From positions 151,902,001 to 151,966,000 of the forward strand of contig CM059432.1 in assembly GCA_030390025.1 (NCBI GenBank): DNA of 64,000 nucleotides, given 5' to 3'. The stretch comes from Squalus acanthias (lineage: Eukaryota). The position numbers and the translations under genes are program-made. The notes below the pieces were generated by a model. It saw only the letters and a program-made list of their open reading frames with translations. It did not search any database and was not told where the DNA came from. Each line of letters opens with the position of its first letter. The first letter of the stretch is position 1. Positions 37,301 to 51,554 of this stretch are shown piece after piece.

Positions 37301-38708
37301 TGCTAACTTAGTGCGTTACTTATAAACAGAAGGTTCAGTTTTATTTCTGTACAATAAAATTAATGAATAATTGCAAAACTCTACCATGATGGAGCAGAAG
37401 TGGGGAGAAACTGTTTGTATTTAGCTACAAACATCACAACTAATCACCTGGTGTAATAGAATTGCTACAAATGTTTTTGTGTAATGTAAATAATGCACTG
37501 AATGTAGTGAAGTATTACACAACCACATATAAGGTAGTATTTGTCAGATTTTTCGATGCAAGAAGCTATAGTCAGACCTTCCATTGGGGTGTTGTTAAAA
37601 TCCAGTATACGCATAGTGTGATGTGCACTGAACAGACCCAAGCTCAGCAACAGAGGAAACATGCATGCTTCCCAGGTGACTAACTATTAATGTTACTAGG
37701 CAGCAAGTGTGAGCTTTGCTTCTCTCATAACTTTAACAAGATACCGTACTAAGTTTAAAAAGTTCCCAGATGCTCTGGCTCAGTCAGTGAGTCACTGATA
37801 TATACAGACAATTAAAATCCCAAGTTCATTCCCTGGTCTATGCTGAGTTAGTTGATTTGGGCCAGACTGGTGGTGGAATGTAATTAGCTTCAGCACCACC
37901 AGAATAAAGAGTGGGAAGACCTCTGAAGTATCACACTTCCTGCTCCTGGTCACTACTTGATGACCTCTGCTGGAAATGCATGTGTGTGGGCACTGGGCTA
38001 TGAAAAAACATGATATCTCATGCTGTCAAATAGCCTACTGCCAAGGCACACACATGAATTGTGGCTACTTGGGAGAGGCATTGGACAGAAACCTGTGCCT
38101 GTGGGACCATGCCCCACCATGGAGTCAATGTCTTCAGAGGAGTGGGAAGAAAATTGATCAAAATTTTTTTGGGAGAAAACAAGTTCCCTGCAAGTGCAAT
38201 AAGCTGACTGGGTACATTTTAAACTTGGTTTTGCACCATGCTGCAGTTATAGAGCACAAACACAAAGCCCATGCATATGAAACTACCTACCAGAAGTGGT
38301 CTCACACCTGCATGGCTTCAATGTGAGAGGTTACCAACCTGACTCCCGACTTTCACTGCCACTCTCATGGCGATGCTCACCCAAATCCACTTTGCATAGT
38401 GGTTATAAAACAACGCAAATAAGAGACACCATTTCAGATTTACCCTGACTTTTTAAATTGGAAAACAATTTTCTTAGCATCAAGTAAAATGGTAAAGCTT
38501 TCTAGATACTGCAGTTGCATGAACATTTGAGGGTAATAAAATTCAAGAATCCAAAATACAATTTTATACATTACATAATACACATGCAGATTTGCCTAGA
38601 GTTTTCTGCTTGGCTGCAAAAATTGGCATCTAGTGAATTCATTGAAATTATTACTGAAGTATGAGGCTTGCTGCAAGAGCATGATTCTTTATATGTCCAT
38701 ATTTTCAG

Positions 38709-38872
38709 GTTTTCAGTATGTTTTTGGAAACACTGGTTGACTTCATTCATGTCCATAAGGAAGACCTTCAAGACTGGTTGTTTGTTTTACTGACTCAACT
38801 ACTGAAGAAAATGGGTGCTGATTTGCTTGGTTCTGTACAGGCAAAGGTACAGAAAGCACTTGATATTGCAAG
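38709..38872 (+). CDS. CLASP2: CLASP2 coding exon (TOG3)
   Basis: 164 nt, AG/GT. Encodes VFSMFLETLVDFIHVHKEDLQDWLFVLLTQLLKKMGADLLGSVQAKVQKALDIA(R). Confidence 0.97.
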
Positions 38873-39149
38873 GTCAGCATTATGTGACAAATGTCACAGT
38901 TTCATTCTACATATATGTTTCTAAATAAAATTGGACTTGTTTAAAGTAAATATATGTGGTTTAGAAGTTTGTCCTGATTTTCTATTAAACTCTGTAAAGT
39001 AGGAAACCCTTTTATACACTTTGCTCCCTACTTTGTGCATTCATGTCGCAAATTTAGCTGGCAGTTTTTGGGTTCCTCTTAACAGCCAGTCAGAGACACG
39101 GTTCAATCCTATTGACACAGGGATGTGAAGAAATTCAGGGTCTTAACCT

Positions 39150-39720
39150 GAAGAAACGCAAGGAATTATGTTTATCGGGCACTTGGACCAAATGGTATGC
39201 ACCCTGATGTCATTGGAAGTTAAAGAGAATATAGTTGTGGCTTTGGTTATTAAATTATTTTAGTGTTCCATAAATACAGGAGCTTAGTGAGGACTGGAGG
39301 ACAACAAATGTTATTCAAAAAGCAGTGAGCCATAAACCTAGAAATTATAGACCATTTAGCCTATTGGTGGTAGTGGGGAAAATGTCTGATAGCATTTTAT
39401 GGCAATCTAAGAATTTTCATGGAGGCCATAAGCAACATTTTTCATGGACTTGGAACAGGTCATGCCTTGCACATCCATTAGAATTCTTTGAGTATGTAAC
39501 TAACTTGGTTGTTGGAGGCAATCCACGGGATATAATCTACCTGGATTTTCAGGGGCTATATGTTGATGAGCCAAGCTGCTTAAAGCTTTTCAAGAAGATT
39601 GTGGAATTGATGGAAAATCAGCCAGCTGTCAACTAGTGGCTCAATGGGTAAAGTTTTGTTTGAGGAGTGGAGGACCACTAGTGCAGTTCCACAGGGAATG
39701 GTTTTTGGTGCAGGTATATT
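39150..39720 (+). mobile_element. Old CR1 RT fragment
   Basis: NYRPFSL, SCL..PLEFFE, IYLDFQ. Confidence 0.65.
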
Positions 39721-40211
39721 CAGAAATGGTATAGGAAGGATTCCAGTAGTGAGGCACATCCAACCATTCCATAGTGACAGCACATGAGGAAAGTGATATC
39801 TACTGTTGGCCTGGACTTGCTTAATTCTGAACTGTTTAAATTCAACTACTTTGAGATTCTTTCCAGCCTATTCTTTGATTCTTTTCCTGACCTTGTGCTG
39901 CTTGTGATTAAAATTATCAGTGTGTATGTTTGTATTCACTTGTCATTTCTACTGTGGTGTCTGCTAACACATCCCAACGATATCTACTCTGGTCTGTTTT
40001 CTGACTAGTCCATAATGGGGCCTTATATATAACAGAGTGGAAAACACCACCTGATCACTCCCATCTGATGGCCATCATAAAATGCTTAAAAGGGGTAGTG
40101 TCGTTAGGAGTCTGCCACCATTAAATGAAAGTATTTATACAGGATGACAATTTGTTTGTTGTGGTTGAACAACATTCAAAGTACACCACCTAGAATAAGA
40201 TATCTAACAAT

Positions 40212-41251
40212 GGCCTAGAAAGTCAGCTGCATGGCGCCTGTTTTGGGGACGTAAATGGCCTCCTAAGCCTCCAATATGGTGGGTAAAGGCCAACTAAATG
40301 GACATGCCATGCCCATGCCTGAAACAGGCTTTTGGCCTTTGCCTAGAGTACTTTGTACAGTTCTGGTCACCACATACAGGAAAGATGTGATTGCACTAGA
40401 GAGGGTACAGAGGAGATTTACAAGGGTGTTGCCAGGACTGGAGCGTTTTAGCTATGAGGGAAGATTGGGGTTGTTTTCTTTAGAACAGAGGAGGCTGAGG
40501 GGAGACTTAATTGAGGTGTATAAAATTATGAGGGGCCGAGCTAGAGTGGATAGGAAGGAATTATTTCCCTTAGCCGAGAGGTCAATAACCAGGGGCGATA
40601 AATTTAAAGTAATTAGTAGAAGGATTAGAGGGGAGTTGAGAACTTTTTTCACCCAGAGGGCAGTGGGGGTCTGAAATGATGGTAGAGGCAGAAACCCTCA
40701 TCGCATTTAAAAAGTACTTGGATATGCACTTGAAGTGCCGTAACCTACAGGTCTACGGAGCAAGACCTGGAAAGTGGGATTAGGCTGGATAGCTCTTTTT
40801 CGGCCGGCACAGACACAATGGGCCAAATGGCCGCCTTCTGTGCCGTACATTTCTATGATATGCAAATAAAGGTCCTCATGGCTGTCTGAGGCCCCCACTG
40901 CAAGATTGGTTTGCCCTGAGCCAGCCAGCGCTGTCTGCACTGAAGAAAACCAGGCCGTAACCAACAAAGTAAGTTTTAAAAATATAATTACCTGAATGTG
41001 GAGCCGCTACCTCCCAACCCAATTGCTCATCCTTCCCGACCCAGTTGTCCCCCATCTGACCCGGTCCCCTCACTTTCTCACTGACTTGAGGGCTGCTGCT
41101 AACGCCGCAGCAGCCCAATTTTCAGTTACGCTTCACTAGCATCTGCACAGCTCAATGGAAATGAGGCCCAATATTGTGTGCAGATCGGTCTCACCATTCA
41201 GGCACCGGTACCCTGTGCACCCAAAATTGGGCGTGTCCAAATTTCTAGGCC
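40212..41251. mobile_element. Harbinger-type non-autonomous element with a nested + strand CR1 3' end (~40340-40860)
   Basis: TIRs GGCCTAGAAA…TTTCTAGGCC with TSD AAT. The interior CR1 reads LERVQRRFTRVLPG. Confidence 0.72.
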
Positions 41252-42164
41252 AATGTTTCTTGCCCAGGGACTGTGTGGCACAGTGGCATATAGCACACTG
41301 TCTTCATTTCTAGGACCTGTGTTTGGACCCAGCCTAGACTGGGGTTTTCCACCTCTGCATTTGCCAGCCTGCAATTTTCCTCTCCATTAAAATGAATATT
41401 GGGAAAATTGCAAGTTGCCGAACGCACAATCAGGAAACTACGGCCTTTGTCTCTGACAGCTGTAGCAATGCTAAGTGAAATGGGCTTGAGCAGTCTCAAC
41501 AAACCGTGTTAGTTTATACCTAACACAGGCCTCTAGTTCAAAACGGGCCTGAAATCGTCAAAAATTGGTCGTCTCACTTGGAGAACATGAGGATGTCTGG
41601 TTTGACAATTCAAAATGTCACTTTGGTGTTGGGGTTAAATCACAATAAAGAGGAAACATTTCAGCTGTGCTTGTTGCCACAATTTCAACTTTCCCCATCC
41701 GTGATATATCTGAGCTTGTCTAGAAATTGCATAGTGAGCAATTAGGTTCCCTGCATCTTGGAAGGGGAAGAGTTAGCTGTTTCCTTTTGCATTGATTTCA
41801 AATGGCAGCTCAGTGCCAGCGCTATGCCACTTAGAATGTGGAACGATTATCAGCGTAAGGTTGCTTGACTGGCAGCACAATGGTACATTTCCACGTTGAA
41901 AAGGTTAGCGAATTCCACAGAAGTGCCAAAATTCTGCCTTTTGATGGAGAAATATAATGCAATTGAGTTTTTGTTGCCAAATGCTTACACTGCAGCAGCA
42001 ACAACAAACTGTGCCACTTAATATATCTTCAACAACCTCCCCAGAAAACACCAGATAACTTCAGAAAAAGTTATGTTGAAGTATGGATAAGCACTGAGAA
42101 AGTATAAGGAAGTTGGATAAATGTCAATGAGCTAACAACACTTTTTTTTAAAATTATTTTGCAG

Positions 42165-42243
42165 AGAGTCTTTCCCAAATGACCTTCAGTTCAGTATTTT
42201 GATGAGATTCACGGTTGATCAGACACAGACTCCAAATTTGAAG
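42165..42243 (+). CDS. CLASP2: CLASP2 coding exon (TOG3)
   Basis: 79 nt, gcAG/GTtagt. Encodes (R)ESFPNDLQFSILMRFTVDQTQTPNLK. Not in the ORF track. Confidence 0.96.
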
Positions 42244-42909
42244 GTTAGTTGTGAATGCATAGAAAACCATTGGATTTAGAGACTGTAATCTTAGGATATG
42301 TTTTGATTGCTTTGTGGATTATGGTCTTTCAGTTTTCCTAATTCTTTCTGCCTTTCCTTCAATGAGCATTTCTCACGCCACCCTCCAATAAAGGAAATCT
42401 CACTCTTGGTTTTCAGTTTGTTTTCCTTTAGTGTCAATTTCTGATCCCTTGCAGATCTTGACAAAGTCAAATCGAAAAACAGAAGACTCCCTTTTTACCT
42501 CCTTTTCACTTCCCCAAAAATATGAACCTGTCTCTATATCCATTTGTCCATTGTGCCACTTATGAAATATCTTGTGTTAGTTCTGACACAAAAAATAATA
42601 AATGGTGTATCTGGAACCTGTGATTTTTGACAATCTACTCTTAATTAAAAGTTGCTTCATCCAAATTATCTGAAGAATTCATTATTTTCAGTACTGACTT
42701 CGCACTTTGCTGTGCTATTTACATCGCTTCATTCGATTATTGGACAATTAATTTTTTTTAGCACAAACGTTCCTCATTAAAAGCACGAGTTTACCTTCAC
42801 CGATTAGTGACTAATCCCAGCTCTGTCATGTGGGAATCAATTGTTTTTAAGTGATGTAATTTAAAGTGCAGAAACTAATGTCAGTTTGGTAACTGTTAAA
42901 ATATACAGC

Positions 42910-44097
42910 CAATTATAAAAGATGTAATAGCAGAGCACTTGGAAAACAGTGACAGGATCGGACAAAGTCAACATGGATTTACAAAAGGGAAATCATGCCT
43001 GACTAATCTACTGGAATTTTTTGAGGATGTAACTGGTAGAATAGATAAGGGAGAAACAGTGGATGTGGTGTATTTGGACTTTCAGAAGGCTTTCGATAAG
43101 GTCCCACATAAGAGATTAGCATGCAAAGTTAAAGCACATGAGATTGGGGGTGAGGTACTGATTTGGATAGAGAACTGGTTGGCAGACAGGAAGCAAAGAG
43201 TTGGAATAAATGGGTCTTTTTCCGAGTGGCAGGCAGTGACTAGTGGGGTACCACAGGGATCGGTGCTAGGACCCCAGCTATTGACAATATATATTAATGA
43301 TCTAGACGAGGGAACTAGATGTAATATCTCCAAGTTTGCAGACGACACAAAGCTGGGTGGGAGTGTGTGCTGTGAGGAGGATGCAGAGAAACTCCAGTAT
43401 GATTTGGACAGGTTGGGTGATTGGGCAGATGCAGTATAATGTGGATAAATGCGAGGTTATCCACTTTGGTGGCAAAAACAGGAAGACAGATTATTATCTG
43501 AACGGCAATAGATTGGAAAAAGGGGAAGTGCAACGAGATCTGGGAGTCCTTGTGCACCAGTCGCTGAAGGTAAGCATGCAGGTGCAGCAGGCGGTTAAGA
43601 AGGCAAATGGTATGTTGGCCTTCATAGCGAGAGGATTCGAGTACAGGAGCAAGGATGTCTTGCTGCAGTTGTACAAGGCCTTGGTGAGACCACACCTTGA
43701 GTATTGTGTGCAGTTTTGGTCGCCTTATCTGAGGAAACTTATAAAATTCTAACAGGACTAGACAGACTAGATGCAGGAAGGATGTTCCCAATGGCGGGGG
43801 AGTCCAGAACCAGAGGTCACAGTCTAAGGATAAGGGGTAAGCCATTTAGGACTGAGATGAGGAGGAGGTGAACCTGTGGAATTCTCTACCACAGAAGGCA
43901 GTTGAGGCCAATTCATTAAATATATTCAAGAAGGAGATAGATATATTTCTTGAGACTAAAGGGATCAAGGGATATGGGGAGAAAGCAGGGACAGGGTACT
44001 GAATTTGGATGATCAGCCATGATCTCATTAAATGGCGGAGCAGGCTCGAGGGGCCGAATGGCCTACTCCTGCTCCTATCTTCTATGCTTCTATGCTA
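42910..44097 (+). mobile_element. 5'-truncated CR1 LINE with internal deletions
   Basis: [28 protein letters not shown], and a 3' UTR like that of the element at 1-3146. Confidence 0.92.
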
Positions 44098-45024
44098 ATT
44101 CAAAATCAGATGATCACAGCATTCTCTTTATCACTGCATTGTAATTGAAGATAAAAGTTGTATGCTGCAGTGCCTCAGTGATGAAGCAGGGTTACAGTAA
44201 TGGAAGGGCACAGATTTAAGATTTGTCATAAAAGGATACTAATGGGGAGGTTAGAAAAAATTCTTTACACAGAAGGGTGATAAAAATGTGCATTTCTATA
44301 CCACAAGCCTTTATTGAAACAAGGTCTGTAAATTCTTGTAAAAGGGAATTAGATAGTTGTTTGAAAAAGAGGAATATCAAAGGGTAGGGACATAGAGCAG
44401 GAGAGTGGGATTAGACTTGGTGGCTTGTGAAGAACAACACCGGCAGAAATTTGATGGACCAAGTAGCCTGCTTCTGTGCTAAAATACTTGGATGACTGTG
44501 GCTACAATGTCACAATTCAATAAATAACCCTAGGCAACGTTTGCACATATTTGGTTTAAGGAGCAGCAATGACAGAGACCTGAAAGCATTATATCTGCCT
44601 GGCCACTTAATCTTCTAATAGTATATGGAGCCAAAGAATATGCCTGGGAAATCTTAACAAATTTGGTTATGTCTATTTGCAACACCAAATTTCTGATTGG
44701 TCCCCTTGGAGGACAAGACCAGATTTCTTATTGGTCCCCTTGGAGGACAAGATACACCCAACAATTTGTCAGGAATGTGTAATTTGATCCTGCCTGCTGG
44801 ACAGTAATCAAGATCTTTCAAAGTGTAATTTGATCCATTCATTGTGACAGCCAGGCTCCAGAGCTCACAGTGCTAACACTACTGCTTTCAGAGAACAGAC
44901 GGGGCTCACCCTCTCAGGTTAGGAGCACTCACAGCACTCGCACTGCCGAGTTAGGATAGGAAGGGTGAGATATGGAGGGATTTTAACATGAGAATGAGAA
45001 TTTTAAAATCAAGGTGTTGGTGGA

Positions 45025-45190
45025 CAATGTCTCCCCGCCCCCCCCAAATTTTTTTTTTGGGTGCGCAGTCCCTTTAGCGGGCTGCGTGGCCCATTCAACA
45101 TTTCGTGCATGCGCAAAATCTCCCATTCATAAGCCGGTAAGCGGCCTGCACAGGACCTCCAGATAGCCGCGTAGTTTAGCGGGAACTTTG
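45025..45190. mobile_element. hAT-type MITE inserted in a minus-strand L2 fragment (~44960-45350)
   Basis: Ends CAATGTCTCC…GGGAACTTTG, flanks TTGGTGGA/TTGGTTGC (6/8). Related to 60166-60318 in the opposite orientation. Confidence 0.5.
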
Positions 45191-45879
45191 TTGGTTGCCA
45201 ATGTAAGTCAACGAGCATAGGGGTGATGGGTGAATGGGACTTGCTGTGTGTTAGGATATGTGCAGCAGAGTTTTGGATGAGCTCAAGTTCATTCAGGGTG
45301 GACGATGGGAGGCTGGCCAGGAGAACATTGGAATAGTCGAGTTCGGCAAATAACACACAAATGTAATGTTATGCATGTTGTAGGACCAACACAGAATACG
45401 CTCTCACTTTTAAAATTTCATTTATTTATTGCCCATCCCTAGTTGCCCTTGCGAGGGTGGTAGCGAGCTGCCTTCTTGAACCACATTGGTCTGCGGGTGG
45501 GAGGAGAGGGAGAACGTGGTGCAGGCTTAAAAGGGGTGGGAGTGGAAGAAGGTGATCCAGGCCCAACAGAGGGTGGGAGAACGTGATCTATCTTCCCATC
45601 TGGATCAAGTTCTTGCTCTCATCACCCCCTCCTTCAGACCTAGATCAGGTTCTTCCTCCTTCTCCATTTTTCTCACTGTGCTCCCCTCCCCGTCGAGTTC
45701 CTGACCTTCTCTCCCCGAGCACCTGACCTTCCCCCCGCCTCGAGCTACTGGCCTTCTCCCCCCACCCCACCCCCCCCCCCACCCCGAGCTCCTGACCTCC
45801 TCTCCCCCCCCCCCCACCGAGTTCTTGACCTTCCCCCCCCCGAGTTCCTGATCTCCCCCCCACCCCTGAGCTCCTCTAC

Positions 45880-46155
45880 CCTTCCTCTCCGAGCTCCTCT
45901 TCCCTCCCTCTCCGAACTCCCTTCTCCGAGCTCGAATCCCCTCTGCAAGCTCCCCTCCTCTCCCCTCCCTCTCCGAGCGCACCTCTTCTCCCCTCCCTCT
46001 CCGAGCTCCCCTCCTCTCCCCTCCCTCTCCGAGCGCACCTCTTCTCCCCTCCCTCTCCGAGCTCCCCTCCTCTCCCCTCCCTCTCCGAGCGCACCTCTTC
46101 TCCCCTCCCTCTCCGAGCTCCCCTCCTCTCCCCTCCCTCTCCGAGCTCCCCTCCC
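45880..46155. repeat. Pyrimidine-rich minisatellite, 28-bp subunits alternating in a 56-bp higher-order unit
   Basis: CCGAGCGCACCTCTTCTCCCCTCCCTCT alternates with CCGAGCTCCCCTCCTCTCCCCTCCCTCT. The A units start at 45973, 46029 and 46085. Confidence 0.9.
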
Positions 46156-47199
46156 TCTTGAGATCCCCTTTCCCACCCTGAGCTCCTCATCTGCCATTCG
46201 ATTCCCCTCTCCTCTCTCCCCCCCTCGATCCCCTCTTGTCCCCCCCCCCTTCGATCTGCACTCCTCCCGCTCCCCGCCCCCTTCAATCCCCTCGCCCCCC
46301 CTTTCGATCCCCTCTCCTCCCTCCCCCCAATCCATTCCCCTGACCGTCTCTGCACGGAGCCGAGGAAAGCATGCCGGTACAGGCCGCAGCCGCTGCAACG
46401 TTTGGTACTGCGTATGTGCGACTGGATCAAGTGCGCTTGCGCGACCGATCGAGCGTGCAGTACCAAATGTGGGTGCACGCGCAGAGGGACCAGAACACCG
46501 TGGAAATAATCACAGTGAACAAATTTGATGCTCTACATACATACACACACACACCATTTTGGAAGAAAAATTGCAATTATCATGAATTTATCGTGACTCT
46601 CTTGCTACAAATTCAAATGAAGAGCACAGATTGTCTTTTACTATTGTCATCTATTTTAAACAAAACATGCAAACCCCTCCATGGTTGCCATTTTCCATAA
46701 AATTTGAGCCCCTGCATCTAGCCGTATTGGAAAATGTTAAGTATTACATTTAAAAGAAACTTGTGTTGAATTTCCCATTCGAATTGCCAAATATTGAGGA
46801 TGCACAAGTGGATCTCAAGTGTTGGCGCTGCTGTCTTTGTGCTCTGTAGTTCCCTGATGACTACACTGGATCCCTGGTTACAGCACTGGATTGTGTAGTA
46901 ACTCATCTGTACAGACCAGGAAGGACCCAGGTTCAATTGTTAGCCAGTGTTGAATCAGGTCAACATTGGAGCCCAGTAATTAGTCTCCAAGTTCTCAGGC
47001 CAAGGAGAAATATCATTTAGCGTACCAAATCCTGATTGCTGTCCAATAGGTCAAAAAGAGTCCCTGGTGTACTACTTCCTGATTTTCCTTCTGTTCTTTT
47101 TAACCTACGTAGTTATTCTTGATTTTAACTTTGTGTAAATTGTGGCATTATGTGCAAGAGAAAAGCAATGTCAACTGTTTTTATGTCTGTGAATTACAG

Positions 47200-47343
47200 G
47201 TGAAAGTTGCCATTTTGAAATACATTGAGACCTTGACTCTACAGATGGACCCTGCAGATTTTGTAAATTCTAGTGAAACACGTCTGGCAGTATCGCGGAT
47301 TATCACATGGACAACAGAGCCAAAAAGCTCCGATGTTAGAAAG
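47200..47343 (+). CDS. CLASP2: CLASP2 coding exon (TOG3)
   Basis: 144 nt, AG/GT. Encodes VKVAILKYIETLTLQMDPADFVNSSETRLAVSRIITWTTEPKSSDVRK. Confidence 0.97.
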
Positions 47344-49799
47344 GTACCTGTTTTACCTGATTTCTCTCATTTCATTTTGGCTTTGTACTGTTTTCTTGGT
47401 CACAGTAGACTGAATAATTGAAAGAAACTGTACACCATTATTATTTATTTTTAAGGTGTCCTACCATGATTGCCAAAGCAGATAAAAATAGTGCAGGACA
47501 AATCAGTTAGTTTATTCACTTAAAGGAGTATTCAGATGACAAAACAGTGATAGAATAATTTATACTACTAACTTTTTAAAACACTTAGGAAATCAAACCA
47601 AGACAAAATAGCACTAACTTTTCACCTTGAATAACCCTCGTTAACTGTTAAGAATGTGGTACTATGGGTAATAGCAGATTAAGTGCCATAAGACAAAAAT
47701 CTGCTGAAGCTGCATTCATGCATATGTTTTGGTCTTGTCCTGTCCTTCTGATTGTTTCAGAGTTACTCATAGCCATGGTTCTGAATAGTATTTCTCTTGA
47801 CGGGGGTATCATTGAAAGACAATTTATTTGTGTAGTTGACAACATGTGCTTATCGCTAATAATCCTATATTGCAAAATTCAAGTCCCACCCCATTGCACT
47901 CTGTGTTTAGAGTTACTTTGGGGATAACTTAGCTAAAATTACTTGATCCTTGAGGCATCGGTTTACTCTTTTTATATGTTCCGATCTCCTTTGGCTTTTT
48001 GCCAGCTGTAGAGGGAGTTTCTAAGGTTGCAATTTATCCTTAATGGTCCGCTGTTAATTCAAGTTTGAGAAGCTGCTTTGTTGTCTTTTAAATTTCTAGT
48101 AATTTCAAATAATTATATGTTTTATGAGCCAGCATCATGATGGTTAAAGTAACATAATTATTGCCTGTATACCCTGGTGCAGTGGAGGACACACAGCTAT
48201 GCTTGTCTGTCATCAGTTGAAATAGCCAGCAGAAAATGGTAATTTGGATCATGTTATAAAAATCTCATCTAAGCAGGGGTTAAAAATAGCTTGACACAGA
48301 CTAGGATTGGCAGTAGAAAGATATTTTTGTATTTATTGGACTTGGGCATCCAACCAAGAAATTACCATTTATCTTCCCAATGCTCATACAGTGTGTTTTC
48401 ATCGAAAATAGGTGATTAATAGCAGTATGTTAAAGGAGGCAAACAGCAAATCTTGGGCTATCATACTGTCTTCTGACTTAACTGGTGAAAAACATTTGGA
48501 CTTCTTTTGCATAATTTCCACCTGTTGCTGTATTGAACCCTTTCTTCAGATGACAAATCTGATGTAATCTTTAAAGGTCCTAGTTATTAAGAATATTAAC
48601 TAATTTAAAAAATGTTATCTGGCTGCTGGATAGGCAGCAATTCACATTCTAACATTATTAAATTAAGGCGTCGTAACACACTGCACTGCACCATAGAGAC
48701 AAGGGTACAGTTTAGTCTGGCAATTCCTTACAATCCAAATGCAAATCTCAACTAGATTGGTAGAAAAGCAGCAATGGAGATCAGGTGTTAATCCATGTAG
48801 GAAATCTAATACTGCAATCTAGACAGTGTGTACCATCAACAAGATGCACAGCAGCAACTCGCCAAGGCTTCTTCAACAGCACCTCCAAAACCTGTGACCT
48901 CTACCGCTTAGAAGGACAATGGCAGCAGTTGCTTGGGAACACCACCACCTCCACTTTCCCCCTCCAAGTCACACACCATCCTGACTTGGAAAAATATCGC
49001 CGTTCCTTCATCGTCGCTGAATCAAAATCCTGGAACTCCCTCCCTAACAGCACTGTGGGAGTGTCTTCCCCACATGGACTGCAACGGTTCAAGAAGGCAG
49101 CTCACCACCACTCTCTTGAGGGCAATTTGGGATGGATAATAAATGCTGGCCTTGCCAGCGACGCCCACGTCCCATGAACAAATAAAAAAATAAAATTCTC
49201 TGCACTGCTCCCACATATCGGTGGAAACATTTTAAATGCATCTGTAGCTTACCTTGGGTTAAGTGCTTTTATGTGAATTTTCTCACACGAAGGTAGTTTT
49301 TAAATTAGCAAAGCTGGATTGGTGCCTTGCATTATAATTGTTCATATGTAGCTCACACAGCTCCATGATATAGAACTAAGTGCATTATGTAAACAAAGTT
49401 TGTATGCTCCAGATCCAAGTGACTAGATTGTCAAAGATGTTGCATAGATCAGTCCAGCAGATCCTACTTATTGGACGTGTTGTACTTCCTTACAACTCAA
49501 GAAAATCCAGTAAATAAAGCACTTGTATTTGTGCACATCCAGCTATAGACAATTCAGAGCATAGGCTAGATAGCAGTTGACCACTCCAGGGCCATCCAAG
49601 GATTGGGTCTTTACCAAACTGGTAAAATTCTGTATGGACATTACCATAGTGAAGTACATAAACTGGAAAGGCATCATCTCTGCATCCCAGCACCAAGCTG
49701 ATATGGCACTGGTGTTGACCAAATCTTGTCCTCCTTTCTGATTAAACTCCTCACTATGTTGGTGGAATGTCAGAGTGGACATCTTGAACTAATTCAGGG

Positions 49800-50690
49800 T
49801 CCAGTGTGAAGAGGACACAAAGAGCCTGCAAAGAGATATAGACCGGTTAAGTGAGTGGGCAATAAGGTGGCAGATGGAGTATAATGTGGGGAAATGTGAG
49901 GCTGTTCACTTTGGTCGGAAGAATAGAAAAACAATATTTTTAAATGGTGAGAAACTGTTAAATGTTGCTGTTCAGAGAGATATAGGTGTCCTCTTAAAGT
50001 AAACATAGAAAGTTAGCATGCAGGTACAGCAAGCAATTAGAAAGGCAAATGGCATGTTGGCCTTTATTGCAAGGGGGTTGGAGTACAAGAGTAAGGAAGT
50101 CTTGCTACAAAAATATAGGGCTTAGGTGAAACCACACCTGGAGTGTTGTGCACAGTTTTAGTCTCCTTATCTGAGAAAGGACATACATGCCTTAGAAGCG
50201 GTGCAACAAAGGGTCCCCTAGATTGATCCCTGGGTTGAGAGGATTGTCCTATGAGGAGAGATTGAGTAGATTGGGCCTCTCCTCTCTGGAGTTTAGAAGA
50301 ATGAAAGGTGATCTCATTAACACATATAAGATTCTGAGGGGGATTGACAGGGTAAATGCTGAGAGGTTGTTTCCCCTGGCTGGAGAGTCTAGAACTAGAG
50401 GGCATAGACTCAGGATAAGGGGTCGGCCATTTAAGACTGAGATGAGAAGGAATTTCTTCACTCAGAGGGTTGGAATTCTCTGCACGAAAGGACTGTGAAG
50501 ACTGAGTCTTTGAGTATATTCAAGGCTGACACAGATAGAATTTTAGACTCTAGGGGAATCAAGGGATATGGGGATCAGGCGAGAAAGTGGAGTTGAGGTC
50601 AAAGATCAGCCATGATCTTATTGAGTGGCAGAGCAGGCTCGAAGGGCTGAATAGCCTACTCCTGCTCTTAATTCTTATGTTCTTATGTTC
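49800..50690 (+). mobile_element. CR1 3' portion, degraded
   Basis: IPGLRGLSYEERLSRLGL…MKGDLI followed by a CR1 3' UTR. Confidence 0.88.
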
Positions 50691-51554
50691 ACTTACATAA
50701 ATGAGCACTTCATCTAGAGACAAGACAACCTAGCCCATCTTTGACAAGTGCAGGTAATCCAGGAAGGGATATGAGAATTCTTCCTGAATAAAAGGCTGAT
50801 GTGGTTATGTTGCAAGAGACAGATGTTAAATTTGAGTTTTTCTTCAATCTCTTGGGTGAGTACATTTTCAATGTGCAAACCCACTGTTCTCAAACCCAGG
50901 ATCCACAAGTTAGGGATTTAGAAGGTGCCAATTTTGTTGACTCTACATTGTATGAACAAAGTTTAGCTCAGAGAACTGTTGAAATTGATCAATTTTTTCA
51001 GATCCTGCAGTGATGGGATCACCTGTTCATATGGTGGGCTAGATAAAGCACGATACTCCTCATGCCTTCGATTTGATGGATGTGCTCTTGAGAGAACAAG
51101 CCAAATTTGCAGCGTTTTCTCTCTCCAGTTCTTTATACTGTATTAGCGCATTTACATATTCCAGCATTTAAAAAAAATTATTTGTGCATTCGCACAAGAA
51201 TGAGTACAACTCTTTGGTGTCTGAAATCTCAGCTGTTTTCTCTTACCGACAGTATTTATTGAATAAAGCTCTATCACCTAGTTTGTTTAAGGTTCATGTA
51301 GTGGCTGTTGGCTGTAAATCCCATCCTGCATATTAAATAAGGATTCCCCCTCCTCCCACCCCCAAGGAAATGCTGGCAGGATTACATGGATAGGCCAAAA
51401 ATTTGTACGAGTTTAACCAGATCTGAAGTCTATGCAAAATCTATCTTAGGAAATTATTTTTTCAAAGCTTTATCCATCATTTGATAATTATTCACTTGAT
51501 AGGAAGCTTTAATTTATTCATATTGCAACTTGGGTATTTCGGGTCAGGAACATC

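Noticed and set aside
44697..44752. Short direct repeat TTGGTCCCCTTGGAGGACAAGA x2, superficially CRISPR-like
   Set aside because: Only two copies, from a simple tandem duplication in eukaryotic DNA. No array or cas genes.
45605..46478. Gly/Arg/Glu-rich ORFs of 125-217 aa
   Set aside because: Translation by-products of the low-complexity minisatellite.
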